A stretch of DNA of 64,000 bases from a virus, in the IMG/VR virus record IMGVR_UViG_3300032224_000591, positions 103,757-167,756 of that record, one strand, 5' to 3'. The notes below the pieces were generated by a model. It was not told where the DNA came from, made no database searches, and saw only the letters and a list, made by a program, of their open reading frames with translations. The position numbers and the translations under genes are program-made. Below, piece after piece: positions 35,372 through 45,675 of this stretch. Every line of letters begins with the position of its first letter. The first letter of the stretch is position 1.

Positions 35372-35801
35372 GCTTATTGAGCAAATGAAGGTGTCTCTTG
35401 CTAGCACCTTTGCTTTCTATTTGAAAGCCCACAATTTTCATTGGAATGTGGAAGGTCCAAACTTTCCACAGTACCACGAGTTTTTAGGCGATCTCTGGGA
35501 GGAAACATTTGCAGCTGTCGACGGAATTGCTGAGCACCTTCGTACTCTTAGGGCTTATGCTCCAGGCTCTCTTTCACGCTATACTGAGCTATCAATTGTT
35601 CACGATGAAGTAAATATCCCATCAGCTATGGCTATGTTTCAAAAGCTTAGCTCTGATAATGATATGCTTCTTGCGCAACTTACGAAGACACAAACTCTAG
35701 CCGAATCTAATAAGAAGATGGGTTTAGCTAATTACCTACAGGATCGCATCGACGCCCATGAGAAGCATGGCTGGATGATCCGTTCAACTATAAAGGGCTA
35801 A
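35364..35801 (+). CDS. dps: Dps ferritin-like protein
   Basis: KAHNFHWNVEGPNF..YH, D.IAE, HEKHGWM. Confidence 0.95.
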   Translation: MDELIEQMKVSLASTFAFYLKAHNFHWNVEGPNFPQYHEFLGDLWEETFAAVDGIAEHLRTLRAYAPGSLSRYTELSIVHDEVNIPSAMAMFQKLSSDNDMLLAQLTKTQTLAESNKKMGLANYLQDRIDAHEKHGWMIRSTIKG

Positions 35802-35802
35802 C

Positions 35803-37002
35803 ATGAAAGACTTTCGCAGCTTAGAGCAAAAGATCAGAGCTATGTACGAGGCAAAGGTTCCCGATAATTGGGAAGAGAACTCTAAGTCAAAGCGTGCGGC
35901 TACTGCAAAGAAGGTAGCTAATGATGCTATGGATCATGATAAGACCGATAAGATTATTCCGCATGTTCCAAAGATCACTGAGGCTGCGAAGGACGATGAC
36001 AACGATGCAGACAATAAGCCTAAGGCTAAAAAGTCTGACAACGATGGCGATGCTGATAACATGGACGCCAAGGAAATTAAGGGCGGTAAGACCGACGTCG
36101 ATCTAAACCCAAAGACTGATGATAAGACTGAGGGCGAGAACGATGACGATAAAGCCTCAAAGTCTGCAAAGAATAAAGCTAACAAAGATATTGGACAAAA
36201 GGGAGTCAAGGAAATGCATAATCCTACAAAGAATTTTGGGCTCTCTGATAGCCTAGTTGAAGCAGTTCGCAAGGTCATGACCAGTCGTGTTGAAGAAGAG
36301 CTCAAGGGCGGCCAGAAGAAGCTTGATAAGAATCATAATGGTAAGCTTGATAAACAGGATTTCAAGATGCTTCGTAATGAAGAGGCAGTTGAAGAAGGCA
36401 ATGCAGACAATAAAGCTAAGAAAAATGCTGCAGTAGCCGCTGTTGGCGCTAAAAATAAAGATAGTCAGTATCTAAATAAAATGAATCCAGCCGTGGCTGA
36501 TAAGATTCGTGGTCGCGAAAAGATGTCAGGCAATGATCGTAAGCAGTTTGAAGAAGTCGAGCAGGTTGACGAGCTATCAAATAAGACACTCTATAGCTAT
36601 GGCGCTAAGGCACACAATCAAGTTATCAAGACTGGTATGGGCTTAACTAAAAAGCAGGGTGGTCTTAGAACTAAGGGTGTATCTTTAGAAGACGGTAAGA
36701 GAAAGATGGCCAATAGAAAAGCTGGTGTAGAACTAGCTCATAAGAAGGCACAGTCTAGGGCTAATGAAGAAGTAGTTGCCGAGGGTCCGACATCTCCTGT
36801 TGTTAAGAGCAAAGATAAGTACGACGTTTCTGACATGGTTGCAAAGTTTAAGGCTAAGGGTGGCGCTGTCACTCAGGGTAAGACTGGTGCTGCCTACGGT
36901 GCTAAGGTTCCGAAGCGCACTAAGGCTATGAGGGAAGAGGTCGAGCTATCAGCTGATGAGATGGCACGCATCGAGGCAATCATCGCCGAGATCAAGCTGT
37001 AA
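35803..37002 (+). CDS. Charged modular internal-head-type protein
   Basis: Repeated VEE/VDE sites, LKGGQKKLDKNHNGKLD, ELSNKTL.SY modules. Confidence 0.7.
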   Translation: MKDFRSLEQKIRAMYEAKVPDNWEENSKSKRAATAKKVANDAMDHDKTDKIIPHVPKITEAAKDDDNDADNKPKAKKSDNDGDADNMDAKEIKGGKTDVDLNPKTDDKTEGENDDDKASKSAKNKANKDIGQKGVKEMHNPTKNFGLSDSLVEAVRKVMTSRVEEELKGGQKKLDKNHNGKLDKQDFKMLRNEEAVEEGNADNKAKKNAAVAAVGAKNKDSQYLNKMNPAVADKIRGREKMSGNDRKQFEEVEQVDELSNKTLYSYGAKAHNQVIKTGMGLTKKQGGLRTKGVSLEDGKRKMANRKAGVELAHKKAQSRANEEVVAEGPTSPVVKSKDKYDVSDMVAKFKAKGGAVTQGKTGAAYGAKVPKRTKAMREEVELSADEMARIEAIIAEIKL

Positions 37003-37011
37003 GGTAAACTA

Positions 37012-37245
37012 ATGGCTATTACAATTAATGTGCCTCCGCCGCCTCCCGAACCAACCGGTCCTCCAGTTAACATGGCGATCAGTGACAGGTTGAGGATTAT
37101 TCAGAGAGAAAAGGAATTAGAGGCTTTAGAAGCCGCTAAACTTCCATTTTCAGCGGATCATCATCTTTTAGTCGTGGACGGTAAGGCTAAGAAGGTCAGT
37201 AAGCGATCTCAGTACCTCATCGACATGATGACCGTAGACGAATAA
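37012..37245 (+). CDS. Hypothetical Pro-rich protein
   Basis: AAGGT RBS. Confidence 0.65.
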   Translation: MAITINVPPPPPEPTGPPVNMAISDRLRIIQREKELEALEAAKLPFSADHHLLVVDGKAKKVSKRSQYLIDMMTVDE

Positions 37246-37279
37246 ATAAGAATAACAAAGCTCTCTAGGAGGAAATCTA

Positions 37280-38314
37280 ATGGCACAATGGGGTAGAAAC
37301 GATCAGGCTGTTACAGCTAACAGCTCAACAACTAAGGAGTCCTCAAATGGAGCTCCGATTGGTACATACGCTCTCGTAAACGGCGGTAGCACATCTAACA
37401 TTGCAACAATCTCTGTAGCTCACACGCCGAACGGCCACTTTGGTAACACATCGTCTGGCTCTCGTGCATCAGTTGATGCTGCAATGTTTGGCAACACAAC
37501 TATCAATGCCTTCCGTCAGGGTCAAGCAGTTGGTGTCTTCGGCCTTGATACTACTGAGATGAGTGTTACTACCGGTACTTCAAACGGTATCTATCGTGTG
37601 ACTTCGGGTGGTACAGGTTACGGAGCTAATGCTTCTGTGACTCTAACCTTCTCGAACAGCACATCAACATATTCAAATGCTCTAGCTGTTAACTCAACTG
37701 CTGGTTCAACTGGCACAGATGCCGGTCGTATCACTGCGCTGACAGGAAACGCTACTGTTACCGGTATTATCGGTCAGGTCTCGCTGGCTATCGCTGCTCC
37801 TGCTGCAATTAATATCACTGCAAACTCAACAAGCTTTGCTAATGGTACAGTTGCTGGTGCTTCGAATAGCTCGTTCATTATTGCATCTGCTAACTCAAGA
37901 TGGCAGACAGGCGACCGTCTATACTACGGTGTTCCTGCAGCTAACACACCTATCGCGCCTCTAACTGGCAACACATACTACTATGTGTCATTTGCTAACA
38001 CAACTGTTATCAAGCTAGCAACTACTGCAACCGGTGCAAATATTGCTATCACTGATACACGTGTGCTTGGTGCTGCTGAGACTCATACGTTCGCCGGCGA
38101 TACTGCTACTGGCGTACTGATTCCATCGGGTGCTAAGCGCCATGCTGCTCACGCTGGTTGGGTTCTTCGTACAGAAGGAACTGGCGGACGTGCAGGTCGT
38201 GTACAGTATGAGACACTTGTAGCTATGGGTTCACTTGGTGCTCAGACTGCTGCTTATGGTACAGCTGCGCTGGTTGCTGACGCAGCTGATGATAACATCT
38301 TCCACGACGCCTAA
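37280..38314 (+). CDS. Probable virion structural (decoration/fibre-like) protein
   Basis: MAQWG start, HAGWV...GGRAGRVQYETLVAM; G/A/T/N-rich; late promoter variant at 37241. Confidence 0.75.
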   Translation: MAQWGRNDQAVTANSSTTKESSNGAPIGTYALVNGGSTSNIATISVAHTPNGHFGNTSSGSRASVDAAMFGNTTINAFRQGQAVGVFGLDTTEMSVTTGTSNGIYRVTSGGTGYGANASVTLTFSNSTSTYSNALAVNSTAGSTGTDAGRITALTGNATVTGIIGQVSLAIAAPAAINITANSTSFANGTVAGASNSSFIIASANSRWQTGDRLYYGVPAANTPIAPLTGNTYYYVSFANTTVIKLATTATGANIAITDTRVLGAAETHTFAGDTATGVLIPSGAKRHAAHAGWVLRTEGTGGRAGRVQYETLVAMGSLGAQTAAYGTAALVADAADDNIFHDA

Positions 38315-38332
38315 TAGTTAGGACTTTAGTTA

Positions 38333-38563
38333 ATGGCTAATAATGGTATAAAAATATCTGATTTGCCTATAGCAAATTCAGTAGCTACTGGAGATAGGCT
38401 TGTACTTTACAGGCCTAACTCTGGTACTTCTGTACGTACTATTGCATTTACTAATATAATTCCTGGACCGTTTGCTAACAATGCTGCAGCTAATACTGGT
38501 GGTGTTGCGCTTAAAGGTCTCTATTACGATTCCTCGGGAAATGTAAAAATTAGATTAACTTAA
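38333..38563 (+). CDS. Small fibre-related protein
   Basis: KISDLP, FANNAAA..GGV.L.GLY. Confidence 0.65.
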   Translation: MANNGIKISDLPIANSVATGDRLVLYRPNSGTSVRTIAFTNIIPGPFANNAAANTGGVALKGLYYDSSGNVKIRLT

Positions 38564-38964
38564 TGTATGAAAAACTGACTGATGATAATTTTCTGATCTA
38601 CTGTGCAAAATATTATGATAATCCACAATGCCACTCTACTGAAGAGTTCATCGAGGATCTGAAGCGAATCAAGTATATCAAGAAACTGATTACACGATAC
38701 ATTGAAACTGATGAACTGAAGGAACGATTGATCCTCAACCATTTGACGATCCTCTGTAATGTATTTGGCCCTGATCATCTGAACAGGATTTTATACCTGA
38801 AGATGAAGCCACAGTTTAAGTATATTAAGCCGTTTTTAGTATTACTAAATATATTACAACCTCGAATATTTGAGGTAAGAAACGAGAAGATAGTTGACAC
38901 CGACACCATTGAGATGGATGAAGGTGTCATTCAAGTATTAAGGACGATCAATGACGAAGCTTAA
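38563..38964 (+). CDS. Conserved T4-like protein
   Basis: YDNPQC...EF.EDL.RIKYIK, ERLILNH. Confidence 0.8.
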   Translation: MYEKLTDDNFLIYCAKYYDNPQCHSTEEFIEDLKRIKYIKKLITRYIETDELKERLILNHLTILCNVFGPDHLNRILYLKMKPQFKYIKPFLVLLNILQPRIFEVRNEKIVDTDTIEMDEGVIQVLRTINDEA

Positions 38965-39124
38965 AGAAGATGGCGAGGGGGCTGCTCCAACAAACTCTGT
39001 AGCGGGTGTAGCCGGAACTGGTGACTCTCGTCTACCTGCTAGTCAGCGCGAACCAGGCGTCAATAAGAAGAAGAAACTTCGTACAATTTTACCTCCTAGT
39101 CCTCTAACACGTAAGTTACCATAG
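38951..39124 (+). CDS. 57-aa protein (not in ORF track)
   Basis: MTKLKEDGEGAAPTNSV...REPGV; LKE site. Confidence 0.6.
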   Translation: MTKLKEDGEGAAPTNSVAGVAGTGDSRLPASQREPGVNKKKKLRTILPPSPLTRKLP

Positions 39125-39501
39125 TGGCCCCGGATCCGACACCAGCAATTATCGAGAGATTGACTCAGATCTCTATGGACATCAAGTCCATGCTGGCTGT
39201 CCACGAGCAGCGTCTCACACAACATGAGAAGGCTGTGGATAATATCGCAGTCTATATTGAAAAACGTAGAGATGAGTTGGATCAGAAATTAAAAGACGTC
39301 TACGAAACTATTCGAACACGTGACGATAGACTCCTGGAGGAGATTAAAGCATCACGTGAAGAGCACAACAAGCACTACAACTGTCTAAACGAAAAGTTCA
39401 ATACTATCCAGCGCTACGTATGGATGGCTATCGGTGGCGGAGTCGCCCTAGGCTATGGTTTCTCCTTCATAGCCAACTATTTTAAGGTACTAGGACATTA
39501 A
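39124..39501 (+). CDS. Coiled-coil protein with C-terminal TM
   Basis: MLAVHEQRL; WMAIGGGVALG. Confidence 0.7.
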   Translation: MAPDPTPAIIERLTQISMDIKSMLAVHEQRLTQHEKAVDNIAVYIEKRRDELDQKLKDVYETIRTRDDRLLEEIKASREEHNKHYNCLNEKFNTIQRYVWMAIGGGVALGYGFSFIANYFKVLGH

Positions 39502-39558
39502 CAATGTACATCTGAGTGTGTTGGTGGTATAATACTATCAACGACTGGAGATATACAG

Positions 39559-40584
39559 ATGTGGCTAGAACGAAAGTACATCAGCCTGCTGTCTGGCAGA
39601 CTGCAGCAATTCAAACCACGTAATCATGGCTTCAACTTCCGCTGCCCCTTCTGCGGTGATAGCCAGACGTCTAAGTACAAGACACGTGGTTGGATCTACG
39701 AGAAGAAGGGCGACTACAAATTCCACTGCTTCAACTGCAATGCATCCAAGGGGTTTTCCTACTTCCTGAAGGAGCTTGATCAGCAGCTGTACAACGAGTA
39801 CCGTATGGAGGTCTTGAAAGATTCAAAGACTCTGGAGCAGGAAGAGCTTGAGGTCTTCATCAAGAAGATGGAGAAGCCTAAGTTCATGAAGGAAGGTGTT
39901 CTTAAGGGACTCAAGAAAGTCTCTCAGCTATCACCTGACCACAAAGTCAAGAAGCTTGTCGACTCTCGAAAGATCCCAACAGACGTACACTACAAACTAT
40001 TCTCATGCCCGAACTTCTTCAAGTTCTGCAACAGTGTGATCCCCGGCAAGTTCAGCGATAAGACTCTTGAGCACGATGAAACTAGGTTGTTGATACCGTT
40101 CTTTGATAAGGACAAAAATGTCCATGCCTTTCAGGGTCGTGCGCTAGGTGAGTCTAGAGTTAAATATGTGACGATCGTTATTGATGAGTCTGTTCCCAAG
40201 GTGTATGGACTTGATACGGCTAACTTTGATAAAACCGTGTATGTGACGGAGGGCCCAATTGATTCTATGTTTATCCCCAATAGTATTGCTACTGCTGGTG
40301 GTGATCTTGTTTCTGCTCTGGGTGCTTTTCAAGGCGAAGCCAAATCTTCCTTGGTGATCGTGTACGATAACGAGCCTAGAAGTAAGGACACTGTAAAGAA
40401 GCTTGACAAAGCTATCCTCCAGGGTTATCGTGTCTGCATCTGGCCCGATAACCTTGATCATAAGGACATCAATGACATGGTAATGGCTGGTCTTTCATCT
40501 GACTTCATCAAGCACATTATCGATACAAACACGTACAAAGATCTAGCTGCAAAGTTAGCACTAAACCGGTGGAGCAAAGTCTAA
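39559..40584 (+). CDS. 61: DNA primase gp61
   Basis: CPFCGDS...CFNC zinc finger, QGR, EGPIDS, DNEPR, KDIND. Confidence 0.97.
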   Translation: MWLERKYISLLSGRLQQFKPRNHGFNFRCPFCGDSQTSKYKTRGWIYEKKGDYKFHCFNCNASKGFSYFLKELDQQLYNEYRMEVLKDSKTLEQEELEVFIKKMEKPKFMKEGVLKGLKKVSQLSPDHKVKKLVDSRKIPTDVHYKLFSCPNFFKFCNSVIPGKFSDKTLEHDETRLLIPFFDKDKNVHAFQGRALGESRVKYVTIVIDESVPKVYGLDTANFDKTVYVTEGPIDSMFIPNSIATAGGDLVSALGAFQGEAKSSLVIVYDNEPRSKDTVKKLDKAILQGYRVCIWPDNLDHKDINDMVMAGLSSDFIKHIIDTNTYKDLAAKLALNRWSKV

Positions 40585-41127
40585 TGAATGATAAAATTGA
40601 AAACCTGCTAAACGAACTTGGTTGGGGTATGGGTGATCCTGCAGATGACTGCATGCAGTGTAGCCCATTTGATCCCTATGAGTTTGCTATTAGGATTATC
40701 GAAGAGTGTATGGAAGTTGCTGATGATTCAGTAGAACATGGCATTCCGTCTGCACATATTGCTAAACATTTTGGCATGGAGGTTGAGTATGATTGAACCA
40801 TTAAAGCTTACAGACATTGGCTCTTTCGAAGAGTTTGCTACTATGGAGATGAGTCGTCTTCTTGAAGCACTTAGAATTGCATCCGAACGCATCGAGCAAC
40901 TGACTTCTGGCCCTGGCGGCATCATGGAAATGAAGCAGACCATTGCAGATAAAGAACAGCGCATCGAAAAACTAGAGACGGCATTGGAGCATACAATGGA
41001 GTGCTTCCTCGGTGCTAGAGAGGCGTTGAAGGAATGCGTCATTGAGCGGGATGAAGCCCGCAAAGCACTGGAGAGGACAGAGAACTATGGGCAAGGTTCA
41101 GAACCCTGGTTAGAGGACACAAAATAA
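40584..41127 (+). other. Two hypothetical CDSs (40584-40796, about 40789-41127)
   Basis: Coupled + strand ORFs. Confidence 0.6.
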
Positions 41128-41426
41128 TGAGCGGATATATATCCAAGAAGATGATGGCCAGGAGCCGCGAGCCAGAGGAAGATGCAATTATGGGTTTCAT
41201 TAAGCTAACTAATAGGGCAGGTAAGCATGCTGGCATGCCACTGTTATTCAACGTTGATTGGATTACGACTGTCTATGAAGAGGCAGGCCCTGATGGTGGT
41301 AGCCTTAGTACTATGGTTTATTGTATTCAGGGTAATAAGTCATGGGTTGTTGAGGAGAGTATGAGTGAGGTCTTGAAGAAGATTGTTGCTGCATCGAGTC
41401 CAGTTAAAGCGTGTACATGTCCATAA
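41127..41426 (+). CDS. FlbD-like small protein
   Basis: FIKLT...FNVDWITTV...VVEESMSEVLKKI. Confidence 0.5.
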   Translation: MSGYISKKMMARSREPEEDAIMGFIKLTNRAGKHAGMPLLFNVDWITTVYEEAGPDGGSLSTMVYCIQGNKSWVVEESMSEVLKKIVAASSPVKACTCP

Positions 41427-41476
41427 CAGTCCCTGACGTTGATTATCACTATCGTGAATATGACGAGGTAAAGCGA

Positions 41477-42157
41477 ATGAATACTGCTAAAATTATTGCT
41501 ATGACACAACCTACTATTTGGACTGATGCACCCAGTGAACCACAGAAGCTTACTGTCGATGAGTTCATTGCATATGTTGCACGTGTATCTAATCCACAGA
41601 ACCAGAATAACACACTAACTGCGCCTAAGCTTCTCCGCTACCTCGCTAAACATAAGCATTGGTCACCATTCGAGATGGTCCATGTTGTAATGGAAATCAA
41701 TACCACTCGTGACATTGGCCGTCAGATCCTTCGTCACCGTTCCTTCAGCTTCCAGGAGTTTTCTCAACGCTATGCAGATCCAACCAAAAATATGGGGTTT
41801 ACCTTTCGCGAAGCCCGTTTACAAGATACAGCCAATCGACAAAATTCCATCGAAACTTCCGACAAAGAAACAAAATTTGAATGGCAAAAACTCCAATGTA
41901 TCGTCAGAGACACATCAAGAGGAGCCTACGAGCAAGCTATCAATATGGGCGTAGCAAAGGAGCAGGCACGTGCATTACTACCTGAAGGACTTATTCTTAG
42001 TCGCATGTATATGGCTGGCAGTCTTCGCTCTTGGATTCATTATTGCCAACTGAGAATGACTGAAGGTACGCAAAAAGAACATCGTGAGATTGCTCTTGAT
42101 GCATGGTATCAGATCACTGAGGCATTCCCATCTCTTAAGGATGCATTGGATATATGA
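41477..42157 (+). CDS. thyX: Flavin-dependent thymidylate synthase
   Basis: HWSPFE, RQILRHRSFSFQEFSQRY, TQKEHR. Confidence 0.97.
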   Translation: MNTAKIIAMTQPTIWTDAPSEPQKLTVDEFIAYVARVSNPQNQNNTLTAPKLLRYLAKHKHWSPFEMVHVVMEINTTRDIGRQILRHRSFSFQEFSQRYADPTKNMGFTFREARLQDTANRQNSIETSDKETKFEWQKLQCIVRDTSRGAYEQAINMGVAKEQARALLPEGLILSRMYMAGSLRSWIHYCQLRMTEGTQKEHREIALDAWYQITEAFPSLKDALDI

Positions 42158-42372
42158 TTAAGAAGCCGGTAATTCCTGACCATGTCTGTCCATATGTCGA
42201 TTTAGCTATTGAGCTTATTGAAGGCATGGCTGATCAAGAAGATAAGGCCTGGAGAAAATCCCAGGCCACAATGGCAATTGCACTAATGGAACATGTTAGG
42301 GTTAGTGCTGAGAAGCTTAGGGCTAGCAGTCAATATTGGTATGATAAGAGTAAAAGGCTGCCTAAAGTATAA
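42154..42372 (+). CDS. Hypothetical protein
   Basis: CPYVD motif, coupled ORF. Confidence 0.65.
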   Translation: MIKKPVIPDHVCPYVDLAIELIEGMADQEDKAWRKSQATMAIALMEHVRVSAEKLRASSQYWYDKSKRLPKV

Positions 42373-42398
42373 ATAGTCTGAGTACAGAGGATTAAAAG

Positions 42399-42845
42399 AT
42401 GAGAAGTTTTGCAGCCATCCTGGTAGTATATCTCGCGTCGACACTGGCGGTGGCTGCAGAACAACTTACCTTTCAGTTTAAGAATCCATCATTTAATGGT
42501 AATGGATGGTCATCTATGGCTCTGACTATCCAGCAACAAGAGTTTAGTAGAGAGCAACAGATTAAGGCCGATAAGAAGGCTGCAGCCGATGCTATCGAAG
42601 CTGCTAAGACAAATACGAACTTACAGAAGTTTCTTAATAACCTAGAATCACGTATCTATGCACAGATTAGTCAGCAAATGGCTAACAATATGTTTACCGG
42701 TACTGGTGGTTCTACGGGCACAATGAACTTTGAAGGCAACACAATCTTCTGGGTTAAGAGTACTGATAGCGTTATGTTACAGGTGACAGATACAACGGGC
42801 AGTGTGACAACGATCACTGTACCAATTGGGAGCTTTGTGTTCTAA
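42399..42845 (+). CDS. csgF: Curli assembly protein CsgF-like
   Basis: Signal peptide, QLTFQFKNPSFNG, F..NLESRI, TG..TTI.VP; late promoter 42368. Confidence 0.88.
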   Translation: MRSFAAILVVYLASTLAVAAEQLTFQFKNPSFNGNGWSSMALTIQQQEFSREQQIKADKKAAADAIEAAKTNTNLQKFLNNLESRIYAQISQQMANNMFTGTGGSTGTMNFEGNTIFWVKSTDSVMLQVTDTTGSVTTITVPIGSFVF

Positions 42846-43657
42846 TGAAAATGATCTTCGCTATTGCTCTGGCGGCGGCCTTATCAGGCTGCGCTACGAT
42901 TGACTCTACAATGAAAGAACAAAGCGGCGCGATGGATGAGCCGCAGGTTATTACTAAGCAGCGTATCCCTGAAATTCTGACTGTTCCAATGAATGCTGGT
43001 GACCCGATTCCGATTGCGGTATATGCATTCAATGATAAGACTGGTCAGCGTAAGCCTAACGATAATGTTGCACTGTTAAGTAGTGCAGTGACACAAGGCG
43101 CTGAAGTATTCCTTATCAAGGCACTTAAAGATGCTGGTAGTGGTAAGTGGTTTAAGCCTATTGAAAGAGTTGGTCTTGATAATCTAGTTAAGGAACGTCA
43201 GCTTATTCGTTCACAGCGAGAGACGTATGAGGGTCAACAAGCAAAGCCTCTAGAACCTCTATTAGTTGCTGGTGTAATGATCGAAGGTGGTGTTGTTGGA
43301 TTTGATACCAACATTGCTAGCGGTGGTATAGGTGCAGCTTTCCTTGGCATTGGCGCTGATAAGCAGTACCGCGTTGATCAAGTAGTTATTGTTATGAGAC
43401 TTATATCCGTACAAACAGGAGAAGTTCTTCTGAGTGTTGGAACAAGTAAGACAATATATAGTACAGTTGGTAGTGTCAACCTTCTGAAGTTTGTAGACAG
43501 TGGGACTAAAGATGTCCAGTTCGAAGCTGGAAGCAGTATTAATGAACCTACAACATATGCCGTGCGAGTTGCTATTGAAGCAGCAGTAGTCGATATGATA
43601 CGTGAAGGACAAAAGGCAAAGCTCTGGTTCTATAAGCCAGTGCCAAAGAAAAAGTAG
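42845..43657 (+). CDS. csgG: Curli secretion channel CsgG-like lipoprotein
   Basis: Lipobox LSGC, AVY.F.DKTGQRK, SSAVTQG, ERVGLDNL.KERQLIR, TGEVL. Confidence 0.93.
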   Translation: MKMIFAIALAAALSGCATIDSTMKEQSGAMDEPQVITKQRIPEILTVPMNAGDPIPIAVYAFNDKTGQRKPNDNVALLSSAVTQGAEVFLIKALKDAGSGKWFKPIERVGLDNLVKERQLIRSQRETYEGQQAKPLEPLLVAGVMIEGGVVGFDTNIASGGIGAAFLGIGADKQYRVDQVVIVMRLISVQTGEVLLSVGTSKTIYSTVGSVNLLKFVDSGTKDVQFEAGSSINEPTTYAVRVAIEAAVVDMIREGQKAKLWFYKPVPKKK

Positions 43658-43668
43658 GAGTAAAACAA

Positions 43669-44358
43669 ATGAGAAACATTATAGCTTTTGCTATGGTTTG
43701 TTTCTCACTTCTGTTAAGTAACGTATCTTATGGAGCTGGAAACTCGGTCTATATGGACCAGATAGGCGATAACTCAACATTGACTGTTACCCAAACAGGT
43801 AGTGGGAATGCATTAGGAACAAATATGGCTAGCGCCAAGTTTGGTGGTGATTCACAGACTGTGCTCATTACTCAAATTGGTATGAATAACATACATGATG
43901 TGGTTGTTGATGGTTCAAGAACGACTGTCAACAGCATTGTAACTGGTAACAATAACCGCACTACTATCGGATGTGGTACGGTTGGTGGTGGTCAGTGTGC
44001 TGATGCTAATATTGCTGCTAATGCTACAGGTGGTGGTAACATCATGAAGATTACTACACAAGGGATGTCTGATTCTCAGATTCAAATTGTTGGTGATCAA
44101 AACGAAGCGCAAATCAATAACACTTCTACGTCATTGCTCGGCGCTAAGGCTCTTATAGATATTTCTGGTGGTAATGGTAACTATGTCGGTATAGTCCAAG
44201 ATGGACCTGCCGGTGTCAATGGACACGATGCTTCTGTGACTGTGGTCGGTGCAACAAACACCGTGAACGTGGCACAAGGAGGCAGCGTTGACTCAATCGT
44301 ACGTGTTACGACTACCGGTAGTAGCAACACTATTAGCGTTAAGTCTAACCACCAGTAA
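43669..44358 (+). CDS. Curlin-repeat protein (CsgA/B-like)
   Basis: Signal peptide; repeated QxGxxN beta arcs. Confidence 0.8.
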   Translation: MRNIIAFAMVCFSLLLSNVSYGAGNSVYMDQIGDNSTLTVTQTGSGNALGTNMASAKFGGDSQTVLITQIGMNNIHDVVVDGSRTTVNSIVTGNNNRTTIGCGTVGGGQCADANIAANATGGGNIMKITTQGMSDSQIQIVGDQNEAQINNTSTSLLGAKALIDISGGNGNYVGIVQDGPAGVNGHDASVTVVGATNTVNVAQGGSVDSIVRVTTTGSSNTISVKSNHQ

Positions 44359-45418
44359 GGCCGAAGTTGGCAAAATAACGGAACAAACAGGTCCGACAGA
44401 GATTCAAAGACTAAGGGAAGTGATTCCTGGTTCTTTAACTGTCGGGCTTGAGATGAAAGATGCTATTGTTACTGCTAATGCTCGTGCTGGTATAACATTC
44501 AAAGATAACACCCGTGTTCAGATGACTGAGCAGTCTAAGCTTGTCATCGATACATTCGTGTATGACCCAGCTGCATCTGATGCAGGTAAGCTTTCAATGA
44601 AAGCAGCATTCGGCACTATTAAATACGCAAGTGGCCAGATAGCACGTTCGAACCCCCAAGAAGTAAAGATCGAGACACCCACCGCTTCTATCGGTGTTCG
44701 TGGAACCGACTTTACTATGACTGTCGATGAGTTAGGTCGTAGTCTTATCATCCTACTACCATCTTGTCCAACTGGATTCAGAAGTGTCGAGAGAGATTGT
44801 GTAACTGGCAAGATCATAGTCACGACTGATATGGGTGAGGAGATTCTTGATCGACCATTTCAATCGACTATCACTACATCGAGAGAGAAGAATCCATCTA
44901 AGTCTGTAATACTGAAGCTCGACCCATCAGACATCAGCAACATGTTAATTCTGACTCCACCTAGGACTGAAGAGCAACAAACTAAAGTAATGCAGAAGCA
45001 GATAAAGACCGCACTTGATATTAACTACCTAGATCAGAACTTCCTTGATACCAGCGGCATGCTTGATAACATGCTGACATATACAGTGCTTGATGTGAAT
45101 AGGTTGAACACAAACTTCCTATTCAATATGCTTGACCTACTCAATCAGATCCTACTTGATAATGCACTTGATGAGTTTTCAAAGACTGGCAACATGCTAC
45201 CGAACTATACGAAGATCAATAAGGTTCTCGGTCTACAGTATGCAGTTGATGGTGATACTCTCATGCTGTACAAGGAGAGTCCTATCTCTGATTATGTTGA
45301 ACTTAAGTTCAATAAGTATCGTGATGGCACATTAAACCTGACTCAGAACTCAATAGCCCTTACACAGAAAATAAATAGAGGATCTAGCACTAATATTACT
45401 ATCAAGCAGGGGCAATGA
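44288..45418 (+). CDS. FecR-domain periplasmic protein
   Basis: ITFKDNT, IETPTASIGVRGTDF, GKIIV; start uncertain. Confidence 0.85.
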   Translation: MTQSYVLRLPVVATLLALSLTTSKAEVGKITEQTGPTEIQRLREVIPGSLTVGLEMKDAIVTANARAGITFKDNTRVQMTEQSKLVIDTFVYDPAASDAGKLSMKAAFGTIKYASGQIARSNPQEVKIETPTASIGVRGTDFTMTVDELGRSLIILLPSCPTGFRSVERDCVTGKIIVTTDMGEEILDRPFQSTITTSREKNPSKSVILKLDPSDISNMLILTPPRTEEQQTKVMQKQIKTALDINYLDQNFLDTSGMLDNMLTYTVLDVNRLNTNFLFNMLDLLNQILLDNALDEFSKTGNMLPNYTKINKVLGLQYAVDGDTLMLYKESPISDYVELKFNKYRDGTLNLTQNSIALTQKINRGSSTNITIKQGQ

Positions 45419-45675
45419 TGAAAGCGCTAATCCTTCTACTCATGTCTACAACATTCGCCTTTGCTGGCAACTCTGTCACTGTGACCTCAACGGGGAATCG
45501 TCAAAATGTTACTATTACTCAGTCTGGCGGGAATCATTCTACTAATCTCAATCTGGTCGGGAATGATGTTTCCGTTATCGCAACCCAGTCTGGTTCTGTT
45601 TCTAAATCTTTCAGCATTGATATTAATTGTGGCAGCACTTGTCCTACTAGTCCCTATACCATCGACCAATACTGA
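45415..45675 (+). CDS. Small secreted curlin-like protein
   Basis: Signal peptide; NVTITQSGGNH, ATQSG. Confidence 0.7.
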   Translation: MMKALILLLMSTTFAFAGNSVTVTSTGNRQNVTITQSGGNHSTNLNLVGNDVSVIATQSGSVSKSFSIDINCGSTCPTSPYTIDQY

